A stretch of 50,002 nucleotides of DNA, from positions 70,084,572-70,134,573 of the forward strand of contig NC_068985.1 in the NCBI RefSeq assembly GCF_001194135.2, written 5' to 3'. How positions within the stretch are numbered: position 1 is the stretch's first letter; the number at the start of each line of letters is the position of its first letter. The translations under genes were made by a program, and so were the position numbers. Under the pieces are notes generated by a model. The model ran no database searches and was not told the DNA's origin. It was given only the letters and a program-made list of their open reading frames with translations. This DNA is from Octopus bimaculoides. Taxonomy: Eukaryota. This document shows, piece by piece, positions 1-12,839 of the stretch.

Positions 1-105
1 TATATATATATATATATATATACATACACATACACACATACATACATACATACATACATACATACATACATACATACATACATACATAAATACATACATA
101 CATAT
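1..105. repeat. (TA)n/(CA)n/(CATA)n compound microsatellite
   Basis: Direct reading of tandem units. Confidence 0.95.
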
Positions 106-574
106 GCAATTACACATTAATAGATACGCTTATTGTTCTGACTTGCCACCTTACTCTGGACATTAAAAAATCGAAGCTTGTTATGACAGGAATAACAGAG
201 AAGCGAGATTATACAGATATCGAAAATCAATTAGAAGCAGATAGGCAATTACGTGTGACAAATTTAAAAAACAAAACATTGGCTACGTCTTCCATATCTG
301 GACATTCTGGAGAGAACAGAGCTAACTGTACTGTCATCGATAATGTAGCTATTGATGTCTTTCTCAGCAAGCAAATATTCGCGCTCTAAAATGCTCGCTG
401 ATGCGGAATTCTCCTCTGTTTCATTAGTTGTTGTCAACACAATGTATTTGTGAATCTGTCTAGATATTTTTTGCGTGTCTCTGTTTCCCTTGTTTTTGTT
501 TTAGTCGGTACAATATTTTTTATAAAGATTAAATCCGATGTTTCGAATATAAACACCTATATAATTATGCATAT

Positions 575-629
575 ATATAGAGAGAGATAGATAGGTAGAT
601 AGATAGATAGATAAATAGATAGATAGATG

Positions 630-693
<64 letters not shown>

Positions 694-716
694 TGTACGT
701 ATAATATATATTCGTA

Positions 717-768
<52 letters not shown>
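575..768. repeat. (GATA)n then (TA)n microsatellite
   Basis: Direct reading of tandem units. Confidence 0.95.
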
Positions 769-772
<4 letters not shown>

Positions 773-842
773 CCAAAATTAGGCAAAAATATTGTATCTG
801 TTAACAAACGTAGCAAAATACTCACAAGTGAGTTTTTGTATT

Positions 843-1189
843 TATATCGATTCAAATGAGAGCTCAGAACTGATCCATTGAAAATACTTTATTATAATAA
901 TGATAATGACCTATGAACATTTCGATGCAATATCCAGATTGATTGATGCATATTATAAAATATGGTATACTGCATGTTTTTTTTGCATGTTTTCATAGGT
1001 CAGCTATGAATGTTGTATATGAATGTTATCTATTTTTATTGTCTGCCACCTACTAATAAGGCCCTGAGGAGATGCAGTATCCCATATTTTATAATATGCA
1101 TGAATCAATCTGGATATTGCATCGAAATGATCATAGGTCATTATTATAATAAAGTATTTCCAAAGGATCAATTTTGAGCTCTCATTTAA

Positions 1190-1198
<9 letters not shown>
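843..1198. repeat. Long inverted repeat, MITE-like foldback
   Basis: Arm 843-975 aligns to the reverse complement of 1072-1198 with 8 mismatches and one 6-nt indel; 96-nt spacer; the right end runs into (TA)n. Confidence 0.85.
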
Positions 1199-1238
<40 letters not shown>

Positions 1239-1451
1239 TATATACATGTGTGTGTTTGTGTGTGTAAATGAGGATACATATAAGTATACATTTATAACAA
1301 ACTAGCATTAACACCCGTTGTTGATCGGATACTTACTTTTACTTTTTCTCGGGAATCACATCCAATGTGTTATTATATGTATAGATTCACTCCTGTATGT
1401 GTTATTTGTTATTTTATATATCGATACAATTATGGCAATTATATAATCCTT

Positions 1452-1567
1452 AAGGCTTTGGTCGACACGGAGCTGTAATGAAAGAGAAATGCCCAACGTG
1501 CCGCACAGTAAGACTGAACTCAAGTTGACGTTGTTGGAAGGTAATCTTCTCAACCACACAGCCACGC
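1452..1567 (-). mobile_element. tRNA-derived SINE head fragment (type A, octopus OK/OR-like)
   Basis: Minus strand reads GCGTGGCTGTGTGG (A-box-like) ... GAGTTCAGTC (B-box-like) ... GTCGACCAAAGCCTT, matching the head of the copy at 28758-29257. Confidence 0.75.
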
Positions 1568-1710
1568 TGTGTGGAGAAATGCATTTTGGACAATATATAT
1601 ATACTCCTTTATACAACATGCTTAACAAAAAGATGGTATGTTTACGGCGGGAAAACCTTTGATATTAATATTTACTCCGGCAATGCAATAATTAACAACG
1701 CTACACCATA

Positions 1711-1975
1711 CAGGGTGTTCCAGAATTAACTATCTGTTTCAATGAAATTGATCAAATTTTAAAAAAGAAACTGACAGAATTTTATGTCTATTACCAAAGC
1801 AAACAGATTTATAAATTTAACGTCAAACTTTTATTGAGAATATTCAACATGTCAGTATCTCTACATACTTCATATTTCTCCTTAGCATTGTGAAACACAT
1901 TTTGAAGCATTTCAGGAGTTAGCTCCTGCACTGCTAACTGAATGTGTTCTTTAAGTTCAGCTAAACGATTGCTCT
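1711..1975 (-). mobile_element. Tc1/mariner-type transposon 3' end (TIR plus transposase C-terminus)
   Basis: TA followed by CAGGGTGTTCC TIR start. Minus frame reads NRLAELKEHIQLAVQELTPEMLQNVFHNAKEKYEVC, like the C-terminal helix of mariner-type transposases. Partner TIR not found. Confidence 0.65.
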
Positions 1976-4699
1976 ATCTTAGGATGGAGGTATAGAAAAC
2001 GGTTGCTGCCTAATTGAAGTAAAAGTGTCATGGACAAATAAGAGGTGTCCAACAGGAATGAAAATAAAAATTATAAACAAAACTCAAAATGTATACGCTT
2101 AAAACACATACTAAACATGATAAACATGAATAAACGTGAGTTTTTAAAAAATGCGTCCGATTTCACTCAAATAATCATTAATTTTAGGACACTCTATATT
2201 TACTCGTCCGACTAAACGAGGATGACGGGGGCACAGTTGGGGACTAATTGCAGGTGGCGAGCGTAGCTTCCGGAAGTGGTCACGCATCAAACTCAAATGG
2301 CTGTGTGTCACAACAGCAGTTTCCTTTTTTTTTTCTTTTGTATGATCATTTGCATTATAAGTTTTAGACATGGATGAAATAGGAAGTAACCATGCTGCCG
2401 GGCCATGCTGTGTTGTGTAAGATTGGAAGTGTGAAACATCAACAGGGCTCTTCTGAAGAATGGATGAATAGGTTTGTTGCGCCTTTAGCCAGCCACACAC
2501 ATACGCACATGGCCCGGTAATGCGCGAGATGGTAACATGAAGCATCAAGAAGGCACCGACAAATATTTTAATGTTCTCATTTCCTCTGCCAAATTGGACA
2601 AAAAGGTTTTCATGCAATAATATACGCTACTTATGATGCATAAATAGTGTGAATATGTTATCATCGGAAAATGACCTGTAGCAAAGATAAAACCCAGCGC
2701 AGTATACTCAAATCTGCGTAAGCTGTATTTTAGGGGTGACCCATAGTCGCGTCAGAACTATTTTTCAGTCAACACCAATTCGAGGATCTTGATTAACGTT
2801 TATTGCGAATTTGGAGGAAATCAACTGGATACTGTTGATGTTTATTGACCTTAACACCACGAAAATGCTTTTAAAAATGCAGTTTATCTGTCGCTGGGCC
2901 CGCATTAGGCAAGAAATTAGGCAAAATTTCATTAAAATCGGTTGGGTGGATATTTGTTCTCAGATTTTGTTCAACCAAAGCATTTAATCAATCATGCTGA
3001 ATAACTGACTTTGGCATACCCCTTACTTTATTTTCAAGGCTATCATCTCCTGAAAGAGAGCTTTGGTACTATCTCTGAACACTTCTGATATCAACAAAGC
3101 CATTACCAAAGGCCCGCTTGATATTTCGTAAAGCTTCTGCGGCAGAATGACCCAGTTTGTACGCATACGAGAAAAGCACTCAAAGTCTGTGGGTACGAAT
3201 TTTGTATACCAATATTGCTGGAAATTAAAAAGACTCAAGATTAAATGCAAGGTATACCTAATTGAGTTTTTAAATGACTTAAATAACAGGTAATTAAAGA
3301 TGCGATATTTCAAGTGAAACAACCTAATAATTGCATTTAGCGATAAAAAATACTATACGAAAAAAATTAGTGTAGGGATAAAGCATTGTAATAAAGAATA
3401 CGAGCATGTGGAAGAATATTGTTTCAGTGTAAATAGATTGGGGGGGGGGGCAGGTTATAATGACAGAGCCGAGATAGATTAGGGACTGGTGTAGAATAAG
3501 GACAAGAAAAGATTGGGCAATAAAACAGAATAGCTATAGGGAAAGAATTGTGATAGAGATAGCATGGGATTAGGTTATAATGGGGATAAGAACAAAATGG
3601 AAATAAGGGTAGAACGATGGGAAGAGTAGAGTGAAAAAAAGAAAGGGGTGGGGACAGAGACAATGTAGAGATGAAGTTAGCATGGGAATATGACTAACAT
3701 AGTCTGGGGATTAAGGAATAAATGGGATAACGCTAAATTCGGAAGAAAGATAAAATGAGGAAAGGGTTAGTGTGGAGATACGTATACAGTGGGGTTAAGG
3801 ACACTGTTGGGACAGATATAGAACGTCCATAAGGATAGAAGCGGAAAAGGGATAGACTAAGAATAGAAACAATCTGAACATAAGGTTAGAAAAATACTGG
3901 GGATAGGATGCTGGTAATTAGAGAATGAAGATAAAGTTAGTAAAGTGAATGCAATTTAAGGTTAGTTCAATTCTTGGGGTATTATAGATATGGAAAAACC
4001 TGAATTTGGAATTAGTTTTCTGAAATTGTTATTAAGTCTGCGAACGGAAGAAAATACCAAAGCTTCTGTATAAGGATTATGAAGAAATACACAAAACAAT
4101 TGAGGAAATATATAGGCTGCAGAAATATCTGCATACCACCATCTTCAATGAAACAGAAATTATTGTATAAATGATTGAATGTGACAATATGGATGGTCCA
4201 CAGAAATTGAAACTCCACATCATACACCACTAGTTTCCTGCTTAATTCTTGGTTCAGTTCGCTGGCTACGATAACATTATTAATTTAACTACAGACATTT
4301 CCGATAACAGTGGCATAACATATTCAGTTCTCTGATGATGTTTCAAGTGATCACTAAAATGTATTAAGGTAATTAAATATTTGGATATATCTCTAAATTT
4401 GATTTTTATGTCATTTTCAAACGACGATGACATAATCTCAGTGAAAAAGAAGCAAGCAGTGCCTGAAGCAATTTTTGATAGATTATCTGAGGTGCATACA
4501 AGCCTTGACACCATGTGAAATAAATTAGTAGTTTATGGAATAGAGTTAAGGAGTTTGTGAGGTGTAAAATAAGCGTGCAATGAAAGAGGCTGACGTGGCC
4601 GTGTAACGATTTATTATTAGAATTATAACGGACGTAAACATTCCACCGAACAAACTGAATGAAAAATGCATTATTCACATGCAGCAAGTATAACAGTGG

Positions 4700-4743
4700 T
4701 AATAATGACAGCAGCAACAACAACAACGATAATGATGATGGTG

Positions 4744-4837
<94 letters not shown>

Positions 4838-4922
4838 TGATGATGCTGATGATGATGATGATGATGATGATAATGATGATGATGATGATGATGATGACGA
4901 CGATGATGATGATGATGATGAT
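4700..4922. repeat. (AAT)n/(GAT)n compound microsatellite
   Basis: Direct reading. Confidence 0.95.
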
Positions 4923-4924
4923 AC

Positions 4925-5607
4925 TGCATTTGAAATTGCGGAAAATTCACAGAGAAAATTGATCTTTTTGTTTCTTTCTGCCCAAGGGTCGCTGAAAAGG
5001 AGTACCTCATAAAACATGACAGACTAGGGCAGCACATCTACTGGAATGCTTGTAAATACTACAAAATTAAATACCATGAATAGTGGTACTGGCACCATCC
5101 AGAGGATGTAGTAAATGGCGAGGGCTCACCATATTTTGCAACTTTCCAATAAAAACATACAGAAGAATTGACTCCAGTTAATCAAACACTACAACAGAGG
5201 AATTTATCTGTTAATAGATATGTTTGTCCCACAAGATCAAAATGAATCAAGGAAAAAATACAAAAAGCTTTCTCAGTATAAATATCTATAAATCGAAATC
5301 AGAAAAATATAGAAGCTTAGTACAACGATAATACCAGTAGTAATTGGTAAGTTGGGAATGATTAAGAAGGGAGCTAAGAAGTATATTAAGCAACTCCCTG
5401 GTAACTCCAGTCTCCGTAAACTACAAAAGATAACCTTGATGGGTGCAGCCAATATACTACGGAAAGTAGTCTCCATCAAAAATGGAATAAATGTGTGGTG
5501 ATAATTTTAGCTTGCATAGCAAAACAAAAGTACCCTTGCTACACTTGGCCTCCGGAGGATGCCCGGTACTGAGGCAGCTGAAATAAAGTTATAATGAAGT
5601 GAAACAT
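4925..5607 (+). mobile_element. R4/Dong-like non-LTR retrotransposon 3' fragment (zinc knuckle, RLE endonuclease, 3' UTR), decayed
   Basis: Translation across stops and frameshifts: CGKFTEKIDLFVSFCPRVAEKEYLIKHDRLGQHIYW...WYWHHPE...LIDMFVPQDQN...KLSQYKYL*IEI...IIPVVIGKLG...LQKITLMGAANILRKV; ends in an (AAT)n tail. Confidence 0.9.
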
Positions 5608-5863
<256 letters not shown>

Positions 5864-6043
5864 GTTTGAAAGAGCTTGGAATAAAAGGTTCTGTAGAGTT
5901 TCTTTTAGGGATAGGAAATATCAAAAGGTGACCTTAGCGCATGAAAGGCTAATGGATATCTAATATTACTGGTTGTAATTCACTAACCGCGTAAATACTG
6001 CAAGGAATAAGACCAAACCTGAGTGAAATTAACAACAACAACA
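5864..6043 (+). mobile_element. Extreme 3' end of a second R4-like element
   Basis: LKELGIKGSVEFLLGIGNIKR* resembles the RLE-LINE C-terminus. The following UTR is loosely similar to 16539-16640 and ends in an (AAC)(AAT)n tail at 6044-6127. Confidence 0.5.
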
Positions 6044-6056
6044 TCAACAACAACAA

Positions 6057-6127
<71 letters not shown>

Positions 6128-6128
<1 letters not shown>

Positions 6129-6309
6129 GTATCTGTCAAGACCTACCAAAAACTGAGCAAATATAAAGATCTTGAAATAGAAATTAGCAAAATGTGGAAT
6201 CTGAAGACGAAAACAATACCTATTGTCATAGGTGCCCTGGGAATGACAGCGAAATGGGCTGATTACTACCTAGCTCAGATACCAGGAAACCCCAAAATGG
6301 CTGAAGTTC
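6128..6309 (+). mobile_element. R4-like RLE C-terminal fragment, well preserved, running into an N gap
   Basis: Uninterrupted VSVKTYQKLSKYKDLEIEISKMWNLKTKTIPIVIGALGMTAKWADYYLAQIPGNPKMAEV; after the gap an (AAT)n tract occupies about 6480-6570. Confidence 0.9.
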
Positions 6310-6473
6310 NNNNNNNNNNNNNNNNNNNNNNNNNNNNNNNNNNNNNNNNNNNNNNNNNNNNNNNNNNNNNNNNNNNNNNNNNNNNNNNNNNNNNNNNNNN
6401 NNNNNNNNNNNNNNNNNNNNNNNNNNNNNNNNNNNNNNNNNNNNNNNNNNNNNNNNNNNNNNNNNNNNNNNNN
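6310..6473. other. Assembly gap (others at 9018-9107, 20430-20439, 25676-26101, 32755-32914, 38476-38970)
   Basis: Runs of N, all bordered by microsatellites or TE sequence. Confidence 1.
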
Positions 6474-6481
6474 AAACATAA

Positions 6482-6570
<89 letters not shown>

Positions 6571-6571
<1 letters not shown>

Positions 6572-8146
6572 GGATGCCGACGAGGCTCATGTGGATGCAG
6601 AGACCAACTCTTAATCAATCACATGATCCTTGACAGCTGTCATAGATTGATTATAAAAAGGCCTTCGACAGCACACCGCATTCATGGATCTTGAAATCGC
6701 TGGATATCTTCAGAATTTCTCCTGTGGTTTCAAGCTTCCTCAAGCACACTATGTCAATGTGGAATACGAATCTCCAATTATACCACTCTAATGGAGAACT
6801 GACCACAAAAAATATTAATATCAACTGCGGCATTTTCCTAGGTGACTCATTTTCATTTTTAATTTTTTGGATAGCCCTAACTCTCCTTACAAGTGAAATC
6901 AACAGAAGAGGGTATGGATATAAAATTGGCGACAAGAAAATAAGTCATCTATTTTATGTGGATGACTGAAAGCTCTGTGGCAAAAACGCTAATGAGCTTC
7001 AAGGATTACTACGTACTGTGAAGCATTCTGTGATGATTGAGATGGAATTTGGTCTTGATAAATGTACCAAGGCCCTCACCTTCAGTGGTGTAGGATATTG
7101 ACATAGTTATAAAAGAGCTCGAGCAGATCAAACTTACAAATACTTCTGAATAAATAAGGGATCTCGCACTCAACATGCAAGTTTGAAAGAGAAGATAAGG
7201 AAAGATTGTTACAAAAGAGTTCGAGCAGTCCTAAAATCCAAGTTTTAAATACACGTAACAAGGCGATAGCTATGAATTACTTAGCAGTTCCTGTTGTTAT
7301 TTACGTTTTCAATGTGTTGAGCTGGAATATGGGCGAAATAAAGAAGATTGTCCGGAAAATCTGTAAGCTGCTGACTTGCAATAAGATGCACCACCCAAAG
7401 GCAGACGCAGGTCGTCTTTGCCTACTCAGAGCTCAAGAAGGTCGAGGCTTGATCCACTTTGAAATCTACAAAACTACCACAATTGGACTGGCAAAATATC
7501 TTGAAACATCTAACGACCGGATGCCAAAGCTCGTTGAATACCATGAAAGCTTCATTCTGAAGGAAGGCAAAAAGATTTCAAGTGAATTTATGCATAATAC
7601 CCAGGTTGAACAGCATGAGGGAAGTGCAGCAACTGTAGTTGCAAAGAAGATGAAATTAATAGCAAAGTAAAATACGCTTAAATAATTAGCTGATATGTGG
7701 GAACGAAAATCTCTCCACGGCAAAAATGTGGCTGGTAGCAAAGAAGTTGATGTAGACCAGAAGCACACGCATTAGTGGCTACGGAGCTCAGGGTTAAAGA
7801 CAGAGAGTGAAGGCTTTATCTTGGCTACCTAAGATCAGAGCCGGAACTATCAAGCCAATGTGATGAAAAATGGTGTAGACCCAAAGTGCCGACCCTGCAA
7901 CGATGGGATAGAATCAGTTGACCACCTAATCTCTGGATGTAAAGTTTTAGCACCTCTAGAGTACAAATCAAGACATAACAGAGTTGGCCGATATCTACAT
8001 TGCATAATGTGCCGGCATTATAAATTCAAAACTGCTGACAAATGGTACAAGCACCACCCTCAGTTTGTAACTCTGGGAGAAAATGTAACTATTCTTTAGG
8101 ACTTCCCAGTATGTACAGATCGATCTGACCATCAAGGCAAATAAAT
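6571..8146 (+). mobile_element. R4/Dong-like LINE internal fragment: RT, thumb and CCHC zinc knuckle, truncated before the RLE PD motif
   Basis: KGCRRGSCGCRDQLLIN, DYKKAFDSTPHSWI, GIFLGDSFS, HLFYVDD, FGLDKC, KMHHPKADAGRL, CRPCNDGIESVDHLISGC, EYKSRHN, TIKANK; many stops and frameshifts. Confidence 0.95.
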
Positions 8147-8869
8147 GAAAGGACGTAGTGATCCTTACGATAGATTCGAATGTTAGCCAAATGCGTATTA
8201 TAGATAACATAAGCTGTTCTATAAATAATGCTTCCGTCCTGGTAATACAGTAATTCAGTAATCTACGCAAATTTAAAATGAAGGAAGCCAAGAATGTCAG
8301 ACAGAAATGAATTACTGAAGTAATATGTATGAGTTCTCCAACTTACCCAAAGCTACTTCACAGATAAGTAATTCATATGGGTGACTGCTACGTCTCGTAT
8401 TGTTGTTGCCGTTATTGCTGGTGCTTCCATTGATGTGTTTTTGAGTGCGTGGGTCTAGTATCAGTACTGATATACGTTCTGTTAATGTACATTTTTTTTA
8501 ATAAAGCTGTTACGTGATTCGAGCTAATGCATTTGTTGAACATAGCCTCTCATGTAAGCATACCCATAGTCTAAAAATGTAGTAGCACTGATTATCCTGT
8601 GTATATTTCGAGAGTGTTTATTTAGTACAAGTTTGAAGATTTTTGCAGAAAGAGGGTATGTTTTCAGGAAATTCTTCTGATATCTAAAGCGGACTTCATA
8701 ACTACATGAAAATTCGTTCATTGGTACTTATGTTTATGTATGAGGACTTGTGCAATCTTATTGGCGTCACTTCACTCCATTACTCTCTGCAGACATTTCT
8801 TACGTCATTCATTTCTGTAGGTTTTATTTGTTTTGTTTTTGTATTAGGCCATCCTTAAACGTGTTATTT

Positions 8870-8875
8870 ATACAT

Positions 8876-8909
<34 letters not shown>

Positions 8910-8962
8910 GCACACACACACACACACACACGCACACACACACACATATATATATATATATG
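8870..8962. repeat. (CA)n/(TA)n microsatellite
   Basis: Direct reading. Confidence 0.95.
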
Positions 8963-9757
8963 AGTTTTTACCTGTAATTTTGGATTTTGTCCCTAATATT
9001 ATTATTATATATATATANNNNNNNNNNNNNNNNNNNNNNNNNNNNNNNNNNNNNNNNNNNNNNNNNNNNNNNNNNNNNNNNNNNNNNNNNNNNNNNNNNN
9101 NNNNNNNNACACACACTGTATATATATATATGTATATACAGACAAACGATCACACAAATATATACGCACATAAATGTACGTAAGCCCTTTTTATGACAAA
9201 CAAAGAAAGGTGGCATGTTGTGAACCGCAATTAGCAGCCGAATATCTCCCGAAACATGTTTACTGAAGCTTTCATATTAAAATATGTCACTTAAAGATAA
9301 TGTTTCTTTGGACGTGCTGTGCTTAATAACACAATATATATATCGGGAGCAGAGGAAAATTGTCCTACTAGCGACTGGTAGGAATGCTAGATGCATAATT
9401 CTCCATATTGACAATCATAAGTATAATTTAGACATAGATTCTGTCACTCTTATGTTATCTGAGATTCTGAGGATTAGTTAAGCTATGTAAAATCATCGGT
9501 TACATAGACTAAAATTCAATATCGGAAGTTCAGCTAACTGAACATTTGAAGTAATCATCTTGAAATCTGTTCATCGACAAATTACTGTCTATATGTGATT
9601 ACATATGTGCTTTCATAGATGTATTGAATTTAATTTCATACACATTTTTGAAAATAATGTGGCATTCAATGTCAAAATCGATAAAGGCAAGATACCAAAG
9701 TTCGGTTTATGATAAAGTGAATAGTTCTTTGCGTCCTCACTTGAGAATATTTTGAGA

Positions 9758-9832
9758 TTCGACTTCGTGCTCCATTCATTTTGGCTTCCATGAAATAAGT
9801 ACCAGTCAAGCACTGAGTGAATTTAATAAACT
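9758..9832 (+). mobile_element. Degenerate type B SINE central fragment
   Basis: TCGACTT...AAATAAGTACCAGTCAAGCACTG resembles 43610-43690. Confidence 0.5.
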
Positions 9833-9969
9833 ACAATTCTACTCTCCAATGTCCTGTATTTGTGACTGTTTTATATAAGAAATCAATATTATTTATATTT
9901 AAACTATTTTCTATTAATTCTATTTTACTGACGCCTAGACACACAAACATATCAGAATGTGACTTTATA

Positions 9970-10045
9970 TCTGTGTGAGTTTGCGTGTGCGTGTGTGTGC
10001 GTGCATGTATGTGTGTGTAGGTGTGTGTGTGTGTGTGTTTGTGTG

Positions 10046-10088
<43 letters not shown>

Positions 10089-10100
10089 ATGCAAGTGTGT
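9970..10100. repeat. (GT)n microsatellite
   Basis: Direct reading. Confidence 0.95.
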
Positions 10101-12111
10101 CGTTGTGCACGCAAGACACTAATGATTAGTGGAAGTCAATGAATAATAAACAACAGTAATTGGTCTCAGAAGTTTCTATTGATAAATTGTAGAAACTTTC
10201 CAATACTTCGCTAACAAGAATTCAACAGCCTCCGAGATTGCAAAACAAAAAATTTAAAACATATAAAAACAACCACAACAACAAGAATATCATCAGACAA
10301 AACAACCACAACATTAAAAAGCAACAAACTGCAAAGAAAAAATCGAAAAGTTTTGCCATAACATAACTAAAGTATTAGTATGTTAGTATTTTGTTTGCGA
10401 CAAAACTGTTCCTAACCTCAGAGAGATTAAAGCAACATAAGCCAGTAGACGTTTTCGTTTTCTTCTATGTATATTTTATATACATAAATATTTTTTACTT
10501 TATTTATCAATATATTCAAGATGTTTACCAGCATTTTGTAAACGTCATACTTGAAATGGATTTTTGTATTTTACTGTTTTGTTAATTTATAGCGGTTTAT
10601 ATATTTAGTTACTTCCTCATTTATTCATTTATCTATTCACATTTCTGCTAATTTCAGTTATTCTAGATAATTTCTATTATTGTCAGTGAAAATTTTATAT
10701 TTTGCAATTTTTGGTACTTTATCGAAATGTGATAGGAGAGTGTTGTTGATGCGACACTTGAAATATGCTCATTACTGAAGTGTATTACTTTCAAACTATA
10801 AATAATAAATGTACCTTGATATTTCTACACATTTGGTTGTATTTGATTATAAGGCCCGTCAAATGCCCCGTTCTGTCTCAATAACAAAACATGCGCCGTC
10901 CTATAATCTTTAAACCAGGAATGTCTTAAACCATGTACTCTTTCATACATATTTCCCTTTCAGACTTTCAGATTTATTAAATTACTTCTAAAGTACGGGC
11001 ATCGATATAAATCCTACCCCACCCCGCCAAAATCTGAGACCTTGTGTCTATATTAGAATCAATTATTTCACATATACTGGAAACTGTCGTTAAATTTAGC
11101 TGTAGATCAGTTGTGATTATCAACGATTATACAGTCGTGAACATAGAGTACTCGATTATAACTTGTAATGTGCTTTTACTTTTTTGAATATGAGGGTGTG
11201 AGTTAGGAGAGATTTAGCCTCTATTTCCAGCATACCATGTTAATTCATCGTAGCGCTTTTGTTAACTTGTAGGCTTTTGCATTGAAACAAAGCTACACAA
11301 TATGACTCGATAGATATTTACGTCACTATCAACGTCTTAGCTGCTACTTGATACATAGATCGAGGGTCGAAGTGAAATGTGAAATAGATTGCGTCATTCT
11401 CCTACCACAAGAATATCAGTAGGGAGCTTCTACATCATCACTTGATGTGACAGTTATAGCAGTCACAATTTCCACCAATTGCTCTCAGCTCCCTTAAAAT
11501 AGTGTTGTATGCAGTGGATTATGTAGACAAAAATACATAGATCAAATAAAGAGACTGGATAATCCTAGCTCGAACACTTTCTTCATAGGTGTGCTCGGTC
11601 ATGGAAGCTACATAATATGAAGAAAACACAACTAAATATAAAATAATTAGCTATGCTATTGTTCTAGATGTCATATTATGTTCTAAGATTGCAGTAAGAC
11701 AACAAATTGTTGGATAAGATATCAAAATATTAAAAACTTAATTGTTGAGAATTTAAGGTGGGGCAGTGAATATAGAACAGAAACAACCATTACAAAAATT
11801 CAATTAATACAACAACGCGTCTGCTACTTCACCACTATCTTCCGATCTTTGATTTTCGTTTCTTTTAAATATCTATTTTTTAACTTTGGTAATTTCAATA
11901 CTGTTTGGTTGATTGTACAAGCTGAATAGAAAAAAAGTGTCATGTTCTTGTTGTATTTTCTTGCATTAAACGTAGCAAGAACAATATATCTTTCACGCAA
12001 AGTGTGTCTCTGCCTTAATTATATTTCTGTCCCAGTAGTTAGCTCCCTTACTTACCTAGAAAATATTTTCTGACGAAGGCGCACGTCAACAAACGACATG
12101 ATATTCTTTAT

Positions 12112-12188
12112 AAGTCGACCTCGGCGGGATTTGAACTTGCTTAGCGGCATTTTGTCCGTCGTGCTAACGATTCCGAGAGCTCACCGAC

Positions 12189-12190
<2 letters not shown>
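12112..12190 (-). mobile_element. Type B SINE 5' fragment, internally deleted
   Basis: Reverse complement reads AAGTCGGTGAGC..GAATCGTTAGCACG..CAAAATGCCGCTAAG..GTTCAAATCCCGCCGAGGTCGACTT, homologous to 43520-43620; its head abuts (AAT)n. Confidence 0.75.
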
Positions 12191-12222
<32 letters not shown>

Positions 12223-12233
12223 CGATGATGATG

Positions 12234-12291
<58 letters not shown>

Positions 12292-12305
12292 CGATGATGA
12301 TGATG

Positions 12306-12380
<75 letters not shown>
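12191..12380. repeat. (AAT)n with GAT/GAC interruptions
   Basis: Direct reading. Confidence 0.95.
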
Positions 12381-12839
12381 GTAACAGGGGATTATGGCAA
12401 AATGCCAGAAGATCAGAAGAAATAAGCAGTTCGAGGAGAACAGATTGTTCAAATATAACCCAAAGCAATTCTTCCGAACGTTAGAAGGAGACAATGGGGA
12501 AAATGTTGCTCCTAATGCAAATCAAGCCAAGAAGTTCTGGAGTGAATTATGGGGAAACAATGTTGTGCATGAAATGGATGCAATAAGGATAGGAACTATC
12601 AGCAGAGAATTACAAGGAGGAAAGAAACAAAGGAATATTGTCTTAAGGACGGATGATGTGAAAGAACAAGTGGGTAAAGTGCATAAGTGGAAAGCCCCCG
12701 GACCAGATGGGATTCCTGGCTTTTTGGTGAAGAGATGCCACACGGTGCATGAAAGACTAGCAGCCCAAATCAATGAGTATGTCCAGAAAGGTACAGTCCC
12801 CGCATGGATGGTGACTGGGAGGACAACACTTGTAATGAA
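12381..12839 (+). mobile_element. R4-like LINE fragment (pre-RT region and RT domain 0)
   Basis: Open frame QFEENRLFKYNPKQFFR..KFWSELW..KWKAPGPDGIPGFLVK..VPAWMVTGRTTLVM; starts right after (AAT)n and breaks off at the Tx1-like element. Confidence 0.9.

Noticed and set aside
1301-1330. ACTAGCATTAACACCCGTTGTTGATCGG resembling a Helitron-like terminus
   Set aside because: No matching opposite end or 3' hairpin plus CTRR found.
2400-2630. Possible piggyBac C-terminal Cys-rich remnant (AR*CARW..HRQIF*CSHFLC..GFH)
   Set aside because: Only a loose pattern with several stops; no TTAA/CCC termini or DDD core found.
3040-3260. YCWKLKR motif reminiscent of Chapaev-type transposase C-termini
   Set aside because: A single short motif; the expected upstream GERFHQD context is not recoverable.
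3424-3960. Purine-rich strand-asymmetric tracts (also 33200-33760 and 37430-38330)
   Set aside because: Degenerate low-complexity DNA without mirror symmetry or periodicity that I could define.
4400-4600. IFDRLSEVH..VKEFVRC resembling an integrase H2C2 finger
   Set aside because: Needs a frameshift and lacks a complete HHCC or catalytic core.
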